A stretch of DNA of 61,740 bases, filler included, from Candidatus Woesearchaeota archaeon (GTDB lineage Archaea > Nanobdellota > Nanobdellia > Woesearchaeales > CAZJJJ01): assembly GCA_046538795.1 (NCBI GenBank). It is 7 parts of 7 records of this genome, joined end to end, with 100 filler letters (N's around TTAATTAATTAA, not from the genome) between each part and the next. Parts side by side here need not be neighbours in the genome. Positions count along the whole stretch, not along the records: positions 16,069 to 31,990 come from JBKHIF010000031.1; 6 more parts are not named here. One strand, given 5' to 3'. Shown here in pieces: positions 18,209 to 28,347 of the stretch. Position 1 is the stretch's first letter; each line of letters starts with the position of its first letter. The notes beneath the pieces were generated by a model. That model made no database searches, had not been told where the DNA came from, and saw nothing but the letters and a program-made list of their open reading frames with translations. The translations under genes and the position numbers were made by a program.

Positions 18209-19192
18209 TTATGAACCAGTAGGCCATATTTCCCCGACATCTCTTACGAACGAATCAGGGGTCGTTCCTGTAATCTCTGTGAAGTCTCCTTTCTTAGGTA
18301 TCAGTTTTATCTGAAAAGATTCATCAGGAGTCATGTAATTCTGAGGTCTTAGCTTGAATCTTAAGACATATATTTCTCCTTTAGATACAGCAGGATCGCC
18401 ATCTCCAAGTCTGGTCTCATAGCAAAAAGCATCTTCTGGTATTAGTTTTGAAAAATCACACCAGTCAAGTTCAGGAAAATGAGTAAGTCTCATATAATGG
18501 GTGCTGTTTTGTTCAGCAACTCCTAAATTACCTGTATCTCCTGTTGCTCTGATCTGCATAAAACCATACCATTTACCATTATCTCCTATAATAGGCTCAT
18601 CAGTAAAATTAACTCCGTCTGTTCCTGCATCAAAGTCTGCATCAAGATCAAAATACGCTGTATCTCCTCGTGTAAATTCAAACTCAAGAAATTCATCAGT
18701 TCCCCCTCCATAGTTTGGAGAAACCCTTACGCGATCTGCCTGCTTGTCCCGATCCATGTCTGGAAGGGTGTACCAATCGCTTGTGATATTGTTTATATCC
18801 AGATCATAATCTTCATTTATTGAATGCTGAAGCCCTGCTGAAACAGATATCTTCTCATTGACAAATGTAAAACCCGCCGATTCAAGGCTGTACGAATAAG
18901 ATCCAGCCCTTGTCCTTACAAGTGCATCAACACCATACATTTTCTGAGAGGTAACGTTTGCATATCCGCTTACAGAAATAATGTCAAGAGCTGTTACAAG
19001 CCTGTCCCTTATCTCGGTCGTAACAGTAAAGCTCCTTTCCTGCAAAATGCCAACCGTCCTTACGATAACAGCAGCCGCAACAGCCGAGGTAAGGATTGCA
19101 GAGATAAAAATAATTAAAGTAGAAACTCCCATCATCGCCTGCTTATTTTTGGAAAGGCTCCTTAATGTTCTCTGAAACAGATTCATATACAA
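18209..19192 (-). CDS. arlB: Archaellin (long, acidic central insertion)
   Basis: KNKQA|MMGVSTLIIFISAILTSAVAAAVI class III signal and archaellin N-helix; C-terminal IKLIPKKG...TP. Confidence 0.85.
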   Translation of the reverse strand: MYMNLFQRTLRSLSKNKQAMMGVSTLIIFISAILTSAVAAAVIVRTVGILQERSFTVTTEIRDRLVTALDIISVSGYANVTSQKMYGVDALVRTRAGSYSYSLESAGFTFVNEKISVSAGLQHSINEDYDLDINNITSDWYTLPDMDRDKQADRVRVSPNYGGGTDEFLEFEFTRGDTAYFDLDADFDAGTDGVNFTDEPIIGDNGKWYGFMQIRATGDTGNLGVAEQNSTHYMRLTHFPELDWCDFSKLIPEDAFCYETRLGDGDPAVSKGEIYVLRFKLRPQNYMTPDESFQIKLIPKKGDFTEITGTTPDSFVRDVGEIWPTGS

Positions 19193-19385
19193 AGACTATT
19201 TTTGAGTTTGTTACTATATAAAGGTTTTGATTTTTTCGTTGATTGCGAATTACAATATATTTGAATGATTGAAAAAACAATTCATGGCTAAACATGACTA
19301 AAAAATCTGTAAAAATAAACTATGTTAAAAAAAAGCCAGATTTATTTCGCAACATATTTAAATCAAAACAACCGTCGAAAAATGC

Positions 19386-20327
19386 ATGGAGATGAGAAAA
19401 CATTATTTTCTGGATAAGTTTGTAATAATCGCAAATGAAAGGTCAAAAAGGCCTCACCAGTTTTATCACAAGAAAGAAGAAAATAAAGAAGATATAGATT
19501 ATTTTGCGCCGGGAAACGAACACCTTACACCAGACGAGTCATATAGGTATCCGGAAAACAGCACAGGAAAAGACTGGCAGATAAGAGTATTTCCAAATAA
19601 ATTCGCATTTCTTGATCCTGATGCTGAAAAAGGGATAGATTCTTCTGAAAATAATTTTATCCATAGCAAAGGATATGGTTATCATGAAGTGCTTGTAGAG
19701 ACACCTGATATCAATAAAAATCTATCTGATCTAAAACATGATGAACTTAAACTGGTATTCAGGACATACAGCAAAAGAATCAAAGAACTTTCTTCAAGGC
19801 AGGGAATAAGCTATGTGCTTGTCTTTAAAAATTCAGGAAAAGATGCAGGGACAAGCATACGCCATACTCACAGCCAGATTGCAGCATTGGAAATTGTTCC
19901 TGAATCAGTAAAGCTAAAGGAAGACGCCATAAAAAAATATGGAAAAGACCCATTTGAAGATATAATCGAAAAAGAAAAAGATTCTGAAAGATTATGTTTT
20001 GAGAACAATACCATGATGGCTATTGCGCCATATGCATCAAGATTTCCTTTTGAGGTTTTAGTAGTGCCTAAAACATTCAAAAAAAATATAATTGACTTTG
20101 AAGAAAACGAACTTGACGATCTCACAGAAATAATGTCAAAGCTTTTGAAAAAGCTAAATGACCTTAATGCATCTTATAATTTTTACCTACATTACGGCAT
20201 AGAAAAAATGAGATTCCATATAGAAATAGCTCCTCGCCTAGGAAAATGGGGTGGTTTCGAGATAGGCTCAGGGATCATAGTAAATTCAGTCCTTCCTAAA
20301 GATGCTGCAAAATTTTATAGAGAATAA
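19386..20327 (+). CDS. galT: Galactose-1-phosphate uridylyltransferase
   Basis: ERSKRP, RVFPNKF, GYHEVLVETP, AGTSIRHTHSQI (HxHxQ) and GGFEIGSG motifs. Confidence 0.9.
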   Translation: MEMRKHYFLDKFVIIANERSKRPHQFYHKKEENKEDIDYFAPGNEHLTPDESYRYPENSTGKDWQIRVFPNKFAFLDPDAEKGIDSSENNFIHSKGYGYHEVLVETPDINKNLSDLKHDELKLVFRTYSKRIKELSSRQGISYVLVFKNSGKDAGTSIRHTHSQIAALEIVPESVKLKEDAIKKYGKDPFEDIIEKEKDSERLCFENNTMMAIAPYASRFPFEVLVVPKTFKKNIIDFEENELDDLTEIMSKLLKKLNDLNASYNFYLHYGIEKMRFHIEIAPRLGKWGGFEIGSGIIVNSVLPKDAAKFYRE

Positions 20328-20400
20328 GAAACCAAAAACAGTAAATAAAATCAGAACAAACCAGAAAGAAAAAAAGAAACAAAAACAAAAGGTGAATACA

Positions 20401-21777
20401 GTGGCAATCAGACTCGACACAAAACTAGAACTAAGCGATGTTGAATCATATAAAAGTTCATCTCTGGAAGTGCTTAAACAAAATATACCTGAAGAAAGAG
20501 ATATAAAAAAAATAATAGAAAAAATAGACGAGATAAATAAATATCTAAACCTTGACAAGACAAAAGATCCTAAAGATATCTATACTTTTGACGACAAATC
20601 TATGCCTGAAGAAGAAATAAAAAAAGCAAAAAATATAATACTTAAAGGAAAGCTTTTTTTCGAGCACGCGTGCGCAGGAGAAGCTACAAGACTTGGTCTT
20701 GGTACAAAATACCTCATAAACATAAAAAAAGAACTAACTTCTGAAAAGATCGCAGAACTGATTACAGAAGAAACAAGCGAAGAAACAACTTCTGAAAAAG
20801 TCATAGAACAATCAGGATGCAGACCAGAAGAACTCTTATCTCTTTCGTTAGGAACAAGGCATATGATGCAGCTATCCTTTGACATAAGCAATCTTGCAAA
20901 AAAAAACAAAAAAGATCCAAAAGAAGTGCTTTCGATCCAAAAGATGATACTGATACTTAACGAAAAATCATATGAAGCAATAACAGCTGATTTTAGGGAA
21001 AATAATTTCTTCGGATTTGATCCTAAAAATATATTTTTCATGGTGCAGAAAAGCTTCCATGGTATAAATATAGATAAAAACAATGATTTTTTCTACGATG
21101 AGAATTCCCCTAAAAGACTTCATAATCATGGCCAGATGGTCATGCAGGAAACAATGGATGATGAGATATTTTTCCTTGATCCTGAAAACAACTACGAGAA
21201 AAAATATCTTAAAAGCCAAGAGTTCGGAGAGGTGCTTAAAGGCTGCGAAGACAAGATATCATACAACATAGAAGATATAGGATATCTTACATCATCACTT
21301 GATTATGCAAGCCTTGCAACTGCCCTTAAGATGAAAGAAGAAGGATACAACATGATGATGGAGCTTGTCTTAAACAACCCTATTAAGCCTCACAAAGGCG
21401 CTTCAGTATATTATGATCCGGTGATTGGAAAGAATGTCATGATAGAAACCCATCAGCTTGGCGGCATGAAACCAGAAGACATGAAATTCATGAACAAGAA
21501 TTTCAATCATTTCCCTGATCCATACATCGCGTGGAGCAAGCTTAAAGAAAAAGGGCTTCCGATGCCTATTGCAGTGAAAGATGATTTCATATATTTCGCT
21601 CCTGTCCAGGGTGATATAAATTTCCTTGTAAAAACACAATTTGTTAAAAGAAAAGAGTTAACTCACATAAAGAACTGGAAATCTCCTGTCACGACGCCTC
21701 AGACAATACTTGCCATGAAAAACCAGGACGCGCAACTTGGTTTCAAAGAACATATCAAATATATAAAAAATAACTGA
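20401..21777 (+). CDS. Divergent UDP-sugar pyrophosphorylase-like nucleotidyltransferase
   Basis: ACAGEATRLGLGTK (AGG.GTRLG-like), NFFG...IFFMVQ and HNHG motifs. GTG start at 20401 after GGTGA. Confidence 0.55.
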   Translation: MAIRLDTKLELSDVESYKSSSLEVLKQNIPEERDIKKIIEKIDEINKYLNLDKTKDPKDIYTFDDKSMPEEEIKKAKNIILKGKLFFEHACAGEATRLGLGTKYLINIKKELTSEKIAELITEETSEETTSEKVIEQSGCRPEELLSLSLGTRHMMQLSFDISNLAKKNKKDPKEVLSIQKMILILNEKSYEAITADFRENNFFGFDPKNIFFMVQKSFHGINIDKNNDFFYDENSPKRLHNHGQMVMQETMDDEIFFLDPENNYEKKYLKSQEFGEVLKGCEDKISYNIEDIGYLTSSLDYASLATALKMKEEGYNMMMELVLNNPIKPHKGASVYYDPVIGKNVMIETHQLGGMKPEDMKFMNKNFNHFPDPYIAWSKLKEKGLPMPIAVKDDFIYFAPVQGDINFLVKTQFVKRKELTHIKNWKSPVTTPQTILAMKNQDAQLGFKEHIKYIKNN

Positions 21778-21792
21778 AAAGAGATAATATAT

Positions 21793-22938
21793 ATGAAGAA
21801 AAAAATACTAATGATCATGATGGAAGCAGGTTCTGGCCATAAGGTGCCTGCAATAGCTATCAAAGAAAAAATTGAGAAGATAAATAAAGAAACCGAAATC
21901 GAGATCATTGATGTAGCAAAGGACGTGGGATGTAAAGAATTTGATGAATTCTATAAAGGGCTTTGGAAAAAAGTGCTTGCAAGACCTCTTTCATTCAAGC
22001 TTTCATATCCTTTGCTAAAGACTGATGCAGGTCCAATGATTGAAAGCCTCATAACAAAAAAGCTAAAAGAAAAGCTTGAATCATACATCAAAAAAAGCGA
22101 TCCGGATCTTATTTTCTGCACACATTTCACATCTGCAAGAATCGTAGGCGAACTAAAAGAAGAGGGAATAATAAACATTCCATCAGCAGTCCTGGTTACA
22201 GATGCAATCGAACCGCACAGAGACTGGATCAACAAGAACAACAACTATCTCATAATTTATGATGCAGGCGACAGGAAAACATTCAAAGATATCGGACTTA
22301 ATGATATGCAGATAAAAGAATTCAATTTTCCTCTAAGAAAAGAATTCACTGAAAAAAGACATAATAAAGAAAATCTCAGAAAGTCATTAGGCCTTGAAAA
22401 AGACATATTTACAATAACATTTCTTTCAGGAGGAGAAGGTATCGGAAAGCTCGACAGGTTCATAAGGCCTTTCATGGAAAGGGATCTCAAGATCCAGATG
22501 GTCGTTATTTGCGGAAGAAATGAAGAGATACGAAATAAGATTGAAAACATCTATAAAGAAGAAAAGAAAAAAGGGAGTGTGAATAATTTCATCCTGCACG
22601 CAAAAGGGTTTGTTACAAACATGCAGGAATTCATGGAAGCATCTGATCTCATGATGGGAAAATCAGGAATATCTTTCACATTCGAATCCCTGATATACAA
22701 CAAGCCGATAATATTCACCCAGACTCTTCCAAACGAAACTGCAGCACTCAGATACTTCGTAGAAAAAGAGACTGCCTGGTACGAGCAGACGCCAAGAAAG
22801 GCATTTAGAAGAGTCATGTACTTGCTTGAAAACATGGATGTTTTCAGAAGATATAAAAAAAATATAGAAAAACTTAACATAAGAAACGGAAGCGAAGATA
22901 TAGCGAATTTTCTTTACAACATGATCAAAAAAGAATGA
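21793..22938 (+). CDS. GT28 glycosyltransferase (MGDG synthase/UgtP-like)
   Basis: AGSGH, PDLIFCTHF, VTD..PH..W, GGEGIG, ICGRN and GFVTNMQEFMEASDLMMGKSG motifs. Confidence 0.9.
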   Translation: MKKKILMIMMEAGSGHKVPAIAIKEKIEKINKETEIEIIDVAKDVGCKEFDEFYKGLWKKVLARPLSFKLSYPLLKTDAGPMIESLITKKLKEKLESYIKKSDPDLIFCTHFTSARIVGELKEEGIINIPSAVLVTDAIEPHRDWINKNNNYLIIYDAGDRKTFKDIGLNDMQIKEFNFPLRKEFTEKRHNKENLRKSLGLEKDIFTITFLSGGEGIGKLDRFIRPFMERDLKIQMVVICGRNEEIRNKIENIYKEEKKKGSVNNFILHAKGFVTNMQEFMEASDLMMGKSGISFTFESLIYNKPIIFTQTLPNETAALRYFVEKETAWYEQTPRKAFRRVMYLLENMDVFRRYKKNIEKLNIRNGSEDIANFLYNMIKKE

Positions 22939-22953
22939 CAAAAGAATGATAAT

Positions 22954-24060
22954 ATGAAATATAACTATGTTATTGCAGGAGCGGGCATTTCAGGTTGCAC
23001 AGTAGCCCAAAAACTGTCTGAAGCAGGAAAAAAAGTCCTTGTCATTGAAAAAAGAGATCGCATTGGCGGAAACTGTGATGACAAAAAGGATGAAAATGGA
23101 ATTACCATACAAACAGGAGGACCGCACATCTTCCACACAAAATTAAAAGAGGTATATGATTATCTTTCTGGATTCACTAAATTCAATGATTACAAACACA
23201 AGGTAATTTCAAGTTATAAAGGAAAACTCTATCCCATACCAATAAACCTTACGACATTCAACAGGTTCTATAATACAGATTGCACATCTGAAGAGATGAA
23301 AAAAAAACTTGATGAAATCAAAGAAAATATACCTAAAGAACAGATAAATAATTCAAGAGATGTTGTACTATCAAAGATGGGTACAGAACTCTATGAAGCT
23401 TTCATAAAATATTACACGAAAAAACAATGGGACTGTTTCCCAGAAGACCTTGACAAGGAAGTTCTTGAAAGGATTCCTATACGCTATGATACTGATGATC
23501 TTTACTTCTCAGGACAATTTCAGGGAATACCTGAAAAAGGATTTCATGCGATGTTTGAAAACATGCTTGATTCTGAAAATATTACCCTAATGTTAAATAC
23601 AAACTATAAAGATGCAATAAAAGAAATCGATCATGATGTATTGATTTGCACAGCACCTATCGATGAGTATTTTGATTATAGTCTTGGAAAACTAAAATAT
23701 AGATCGCTTGAGTTCATTTATGAAACGCATGGCACTGAATCATATCAGGAAAATTCAGTAGTAAACTACTCTGAACCTGATGTGCCTTACACAAGGATAA
23801 CTGAATTTAAGAAATTCTATTTTGAAGAAAATCCAAAAACAGTGATAATCAAAGAGATACCTGTTTGGAAAGGAGATCCTTATTATCCGCTTCCAAAAAA
23901 AGATGCAAAAGAAGATTATGCAAAATACTTAGAACTTGCAGAAAAAGAAGAAAATGTTTATTTCTTAGGACGGCTTGGAAAATACAAATATCTTAACATG
24001 GATGCTGCATGCAAAGAAGCACTTGAACTGGCAGAAAAACTGCTTTCAAAAAACAAATAA
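22954..24060 (+). CDS. glf: UDP-galactopyranose mutase
   Basis: GAGISG FAD motif, IGGN, GPHIFHT, YTKKQW, TRITEFK, DPYYP and GRLGKYKYLNMD motifs. Confidence 0.95.
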   Translation: MKYNYVIAGAGISGCTVAQKLSEAGKKVLVIEKRDRIGGNCDDKKDENGITIQTGGPHIFHTKLKEVYDYLSGFTKFNDYKHKVISSYKGKLYPIPINLTTFNRFYNTDCTSEEMKKKLDEIKENIPKEQINNSRDVVLSKMGTELYEAFIKYYTKKQWDCFPEDLDKEVLERIPIRYDTDDLYFSGQFQGIPEKGFHAMFENMLDSENITLMLNTNYKDAIKEIDHDVLICTAPIDEYFDYSLGKLKYRSLEFIYETHGTESYQENSVVNYSEPDVPYTRITEFKKFYFEENPKTVIIKEIPVWKGDPYYPLPKKDAKEDYAKYLELAEKEENVYFLGRLGKYKYLNMDAACKEALELAEKLLSKNK

Positions 24061-24146
24061 TCCACACCAATATATCACTTATCACTATCTAATTAACACA
24101 AAGTAATTAAAAGAGAAATCCATCTGAAATTCCTGGGTGGGAATTT

Positions 24147-26051
24147 TTGAAGATAAGTCATAATTTCAGAAATAATATTATTTCTTCAGATACGAAAAAA
24201 GGGCAGGAACCTTCTTTTGTTCTTTCAGATAAATTAGGATGCTATTTTTCTCTAGGATCAAAAAAGAATGTAAGCTACTATCAGGGAATGTTGTTTCCTA
24301 TAACTAATGATGATGGCTGGGAAATGCATAAAATTATAGAATCCATCTATCTGAAAAATTCAAGAATAAGTGAGATCAAAAATAATCTTTCAAATATAGA
24401 AAGAATAGGTACTAGTTTTGAAGAGTTTTCAATGCCTTTTGAAAAAACAGTCCTTTATCAGGTAAAAGATTCTCTTTCGCCAATCATTCTCGAGCTTGAC
24501 TGCAGGAAGATATATGATTTCAACACAGAAGGAAGAATATATGAGATTGAAGAAGATGACGAAGATAAGATAATCAAGATAAGATATACAAAATTCAAAG
24601 ATTCAAGTTTAAATGAAAAAGACTACACTCTTGCTCTTGCGATAAAATCGCTTGACAACAATATTGAGATTGAAAAGACAGACAGTTGGCTTGCTAAAAG
24701 ATATTCTTATGATGATTCAAGATCAGAATCAAAAGAATTCTGGATCTATCAGGCCCTTAAGATAAACATAAAGAGCAATTATTCTACAAGACTGCTTCTA
24801 TCTGCAGGAAAAGATATCAAGGAAGCTGTAAAAAGACTCAAAGAAACTGAAGAAAATCTTCAGGAAAAGACAGATGCAAACAAAAGATATCTTGAGGAAT
24901 TCTACGGACTAAGAGAACTGAAAAAAGAGGTTCCTGAAGACATTTACATATCATACATAAACTCGATCAGATCATTTGATGACCTTGTTGTAAAGATCGA
25001 TGAGACCATAGGAATATACGCAGGATTGTATTGGTTCTTCCAGTTTTGGTCAAGGGATGAGGCAATCTCAACAATAGCCACGATAAAACTTGAAAAATAT
25101 GCTCTTGCAAAAGACATCCTTTTGAGAAATTCAGAAAATATACTTGAAGATGGAAGGATACCAAATAGGTTTCCACATTCTGATCTGGGATCTGCAGATG
25201 GGGTCGGCTGGTGCTTCTTAAGATTATATCAGCTAATAACACACCTTAATTCAAAGCAAATACTTTATACTTTTTTCAAGGACACTGAACTACGAAAAAT
25301 AAGAGATAATCTTGTAAAATCAATAGACCTTCTAAACCATAAGCACACGGAAGACAAACTTGCAGTATCAGGAAAAAAAGAAACCTGGATAGACACATCT
25401 CCAAATGATTGTGACAATAGGGAAGGAGCAAGGATCGAGATACAGGCATTAAGGCTTGCGATGTACAGGTTTGCAAAAAAGATTTCATCTATACTTGCAT
25501 CAGATGAAGAAGAAAAATATGATGACATGGAATATGAGATGAAAGAAATAGTAAAAGAAAGATTCCTTGTAGATGAAAATATTGCAGACGGATTACTAAA
25601 TGGAAATCCAGACATGACATCACGACCAAACATATTCCTTGCATACTACATATATCCAGAACTATTCTCTAAGGAAGAATGGACAAAAGCATTTGATCAG
25701 GCATTGTCAAAACTATGGCTCAAATGGGGAGGGCTTTCATCAATAGATAAGGATAGCCCGCTATTTCAGAAATATTATACAGGAGAGAACAACTTAAGCT
25801 ATCACAGAGGAGATTCATGGTTCTTTGTAAACCACATAGCAGCAATCTCCATGTACCGCCTGGACAAGGCAAAATACATGGACAAGATAAATGCCATAAT
25901 AAAAGCAAGCATGAACGAAATATTGTATTCAGGAATCATCGGAGCAAGTGCTGAAGTGAGCTCTGCAGGAAAGATGGAATCAAAAGGAGCCTGGCAGCAG
26001 GCATGGAGCTCTGCAACATTCATTGAACTCATAAAAGAGATATGGGATTGA
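24147..26051 (+). CDS. Amylo-alpha-1,6-glucosidase / glycogen debranching enzyme-like
   Basis: AGLYWFFQFWSRD, IPNR...SADG, TWID...R.GARIEIQAL, RPN, YHRG and QAWS motifs. Confidence 0.85.
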   Translation: MKISHNFRNNIISSDTKKGQEPSFVLSDKLGCYFSLGSKKNVSYYQGMLFPITNDDGWEMHKIIESIYLKNSRISEIKNNLSNIERIGTSFEEFSMPFEKTVLYQVKDSLSPIILELDCRKIYDFNTEGRIYEIEEDDEDKIIKIRYTKFKDSSLNEKDYTLALAIKSLDNNIEIEKTDSWLAKRYSYDDSRSESKEFWIYQALKINIKSNYSTRLLLSAGKDIKEAVKRLKETEENLQEKTDANKRYLEEFYGLRELKKEVPEDIYISYINSIRSFDDLVVKIDETIGIYAGLYWFFQFWSRDEAISTIATIKLEKYALAKDILLRNSENILEDGRIPNRFPHSDLGSADGVGWCFLRLYQLITHLNSKQILYTFFKDTELRKIRDNLVKSIDLLNHKHTEDKLAVSGKKETWIDTSPNDCDNREGARIEIQALRLAMYRFAKKISSILASDEEEKYDDMEYEMKEIVKERFLVDENIADGLLNGNPDMTSRPNIFLAYYIYPELFSKEEWTKAFDQALSKLWLKWGGLSSIDKDSPLFQKYYTGENNLSYHRGDSWFFVNHIAAISMYRLDKAKYMDKINAIIKASMNEILYSGIIGASAEVSSAGKMESKGAWQQAWSSATFIELIKEIWD

Positions 26052-26082
26052 TCTATTCATAAGTATCAATTTACAAAAAAGG

Positions 26083-26676
26083 GTGGTATATATGTCTATG
26101 CTGAACAAAAGCGATTTCAGCCAGATGAAAAAAGAAATCGAAAAATATGATTCGCTAAGAGAAGAAATCATAAAAAAGTCAAGAGATGTCTTAAAAAACT
26201 CAAAGCTTGTCATATACTCTCTTCAAAGAGATGAAATAACAGATGCAAAGAAAAACATGACAGCGCTTGAAAAAAGCCTGAAGACAGTAAGAACCATAAT
26301 AAAAAAAGATAAGACACTTGTAAAAGAGGGCACATTCAGGATTGCAGAGCAGGAATATGTAGAAGCCATATGTTTCTATAAATTTATTAATAATGAGAAA
26401 ATTCCAACACATAGCGCTCTTGGAGTTTCATCAGAAAACTATCTCCTGGGGATGTGCGACCTAACCGGAGAGCTTGCAAGAAAAGCAGTCATCTATGCGA
26501 CATATTCAGACTTTGATTATGTTGACGAAGTAAGAGAGCTTGTCGATGAGATATATGGTGAGATAATAAAGCTTAATCCAAGAGGCACTTCAGAATTAAG
26601 AAAAAAATCAGATGCCATCAAATGGAACCTGAAAAAGATAGAAGAGCTGATGTATGATGTCTCAAAAACAGGATAA
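26083..26676 (+). CDS. Translin/Trax family protein
   Basis: REEIIKKSRD, QEYVEA, YLLGMCDLTGELAR and LRKKSD motifs. Confidence 0.9.
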   Translation: MVYMSMLNKSDFSQMKKEIEKYDSLREEIIKKSRDVLKNSKLVIYSLQRDEITDAKKNMTALEKSLKTVRTIIKKDKTLVKEGTFRIAEQEYVEAICFYKFINNEKIPTHSALGVSSENYLLGMCDLTGELARKAVIYATYSDFDYVDEVRELVDEIYGEIIKLNPRGTSELRKKSDAIKWNLKKIEELMYDVSKTG

Positions 26677-26899
26677 GATCAATCATGAAGCCATAAAAAA
26701 AGATGCAAAACGCATAATGGATAATTTCATGAAAGAGCTTGACAAGATCCCTGAGATAAAAGAGTTTGGAACAAAAAGAGAAATATCTGTAAGAGAGCCA
26801 AAGGAATCTTCCTTTGAAGACGATTTCAGGGAAAATATACTTAATAATGCTCCTAAAACTAAAGACAACTGCATCTTAGCAGAGAAAAAGCATTGGTAG
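26654..26899 (+). CDS. gatC: Asp/Glu-tRNA amidotransferase subunit C
   Basis: Small ORF directly before gatA; ILNNAP motif. Confidence 0.75.
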   Translation: MMSQKQDKINHEAIKKDAKRIMDNFMKELDKIPEIKEFGTKREISVREPKESSFEDDFRENILNNAPKTKDNCILAEKKHW

Positions 26900-26914
26900 A
26901 ATAAGCGTGATAGT

Positions 26915-28297
26915 ATGGATTCTTTATCGATAAAGGAAAAGCTGAAAAAACTTAGAGAAGGTGTTATTTCAGCCGAAGAAAACATAAAGGGATTTTTGAA
27001 AAAGATCGATAAGGATAACAATGACTACAATATTTTTCTTCATGTAAATAAAGATGCATTAAAACAAGCCAAAGAAATTGACAAGAAGATCAAAGAAAAA
27101 AAAGCAGGAAAGCTCGCAGGTTTGGCAATCGCTGTCAAGTCATGCATCAATGTCAAAGGTCTTCCTATAACCTGTGCTTCTAAGACTCTTGAAAATTATA
27201 TAGGTACATATGATTCTGATGCCATCAAAAAAATAAAGAAAGAAGACGGAATCATAATCGGCATGGTCAATATGGATGAGTTTGCATCAGGAAATTCTGG
27301 TGAAACATCTTATTATGGTCCTACTAAAAATCCTGCTTGCTTGGATGTTGTTCCAGGTGGAAGCAGTTCTGGTTCTGGAGCTGCAGTTGCTGCTCAGATG
27401 TGTGATCTTGCTCTTGGAACAGATACAGGTGGAAGCGTAAGAAGTCCTGCATCACACTGCGGTATTGTGGGAGTAAAACCATCTTATGGTCGAGTTTCAC
27501 GATTTGGTCTTATAGATTTATCAATGAGTTTTGATCAGATCGGTGTATTATCTCCAGATGTTTACGGAGCAGAAATTTTACTTGAAGTAATTTCAGGTTA
27601 TTCAGAAAACGATGCGATCACAAAAGATGAGCCTGTGCAAAAATATACAGGAAAAAAAGAAACTAAATTAAGAGTCGGTTTTTCAGTAGAATCAGAAAAA
27701 TTATCTAAAAACAAAGAACTTTTAGAAATAATTAAGAAAAAGGCAGAAAAGCTTTGTTCTAATCTTAATTTAAAATTGATTCCCGTTGATCTAGAATATA
27801 CAAAACTTGCTGTACAAACGTATTATCCTATTGTTTATGTTGAATTTTTTTCAGGAACAAGAAAGTTCGATGGAAGAAAATATGGTCATGTTATCGAAGA
27901 AACATGCGGTAAAGAAGCATTAAGAAGAATACTTGGCGGTAAAGAAATATCCAAATCAGAATATCATGGTTCTTATTACAAAAAAGCACTTGCAGTGAAA
28001 TCATTGGTGAAGAACGATTTTGAAAAAGCATTCAAAAAGGTTGATGTAATACTATCTCCTGTAACTCCAAATTTGCCTCACAAGCTAGGCGATAATCTCA
28101 TGGCAGAAAATCCTGAAGAAGGTTATGCACAAGACGCATTCACAATACCTGCAAATCTTGCCGGAATCTGCGGCGGAGTTGTAAACGCAGGAAAAATCAA
28201 TGGAATCCCTGTCGGAATACAGATCCTTGCACCTGAATTCAGAGAAGACTTAATGTTTTCTGCAATGGAATTATTGGAAAAATTATCTAATTCTTAA
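26915..28297 (+). CDS. gatA: Asp/Glu-tRNA amidotransferase subunit A
   Basis: Amidase signature NMDEFA, PGGSSSGS, GTDTGGSVR and KPSYGRVSRFGL. Confidence 0.95.
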   Translation: MDSLSIKEKLKKLREGVISAEENIKGFLKKIDKDNNDYNIFLHVNKDALKQAKEIDKKIKEKKAGKLAGLAIAVKSCINVKGLPITCASKTLENYIGTYDSDAIKKIKKEDGIIIGMVNMDEFASGNSGETSYYGPTKNPACLDVVPGGSSSGSGAAVAAQMCDLALGTDTGGSVRSPASHCGIVGVKPSYGRVSRFGLIDLSMSFDQIGVLSPDVYGAEILLEVISGYSENDAITKDEPVQKYTGKKETKLRVGFSVESEKLSKNKELLEIIKKKAEKLCSNLNLKLIPVDLEYTKLAVQTYYPIVYVEFFSGTRKFDGRKYGHVIEETCGKEALRRILGGKEISKSEYHGSYYKKALAVKSLVKNDFEKAFKKVDVILSPVTPNLPHKLGDNLMAENPEEGYAQDAFTIPANLAGICGGVVNAGKINGIPVGIQILAPEFREDLMFSAMELLEKLSNS

Positions 28298-28347
28298 ACG
28301 AAAGATAAAAAAACCATTACAATATTTCTGTGTTAAAAGGTGATAAA

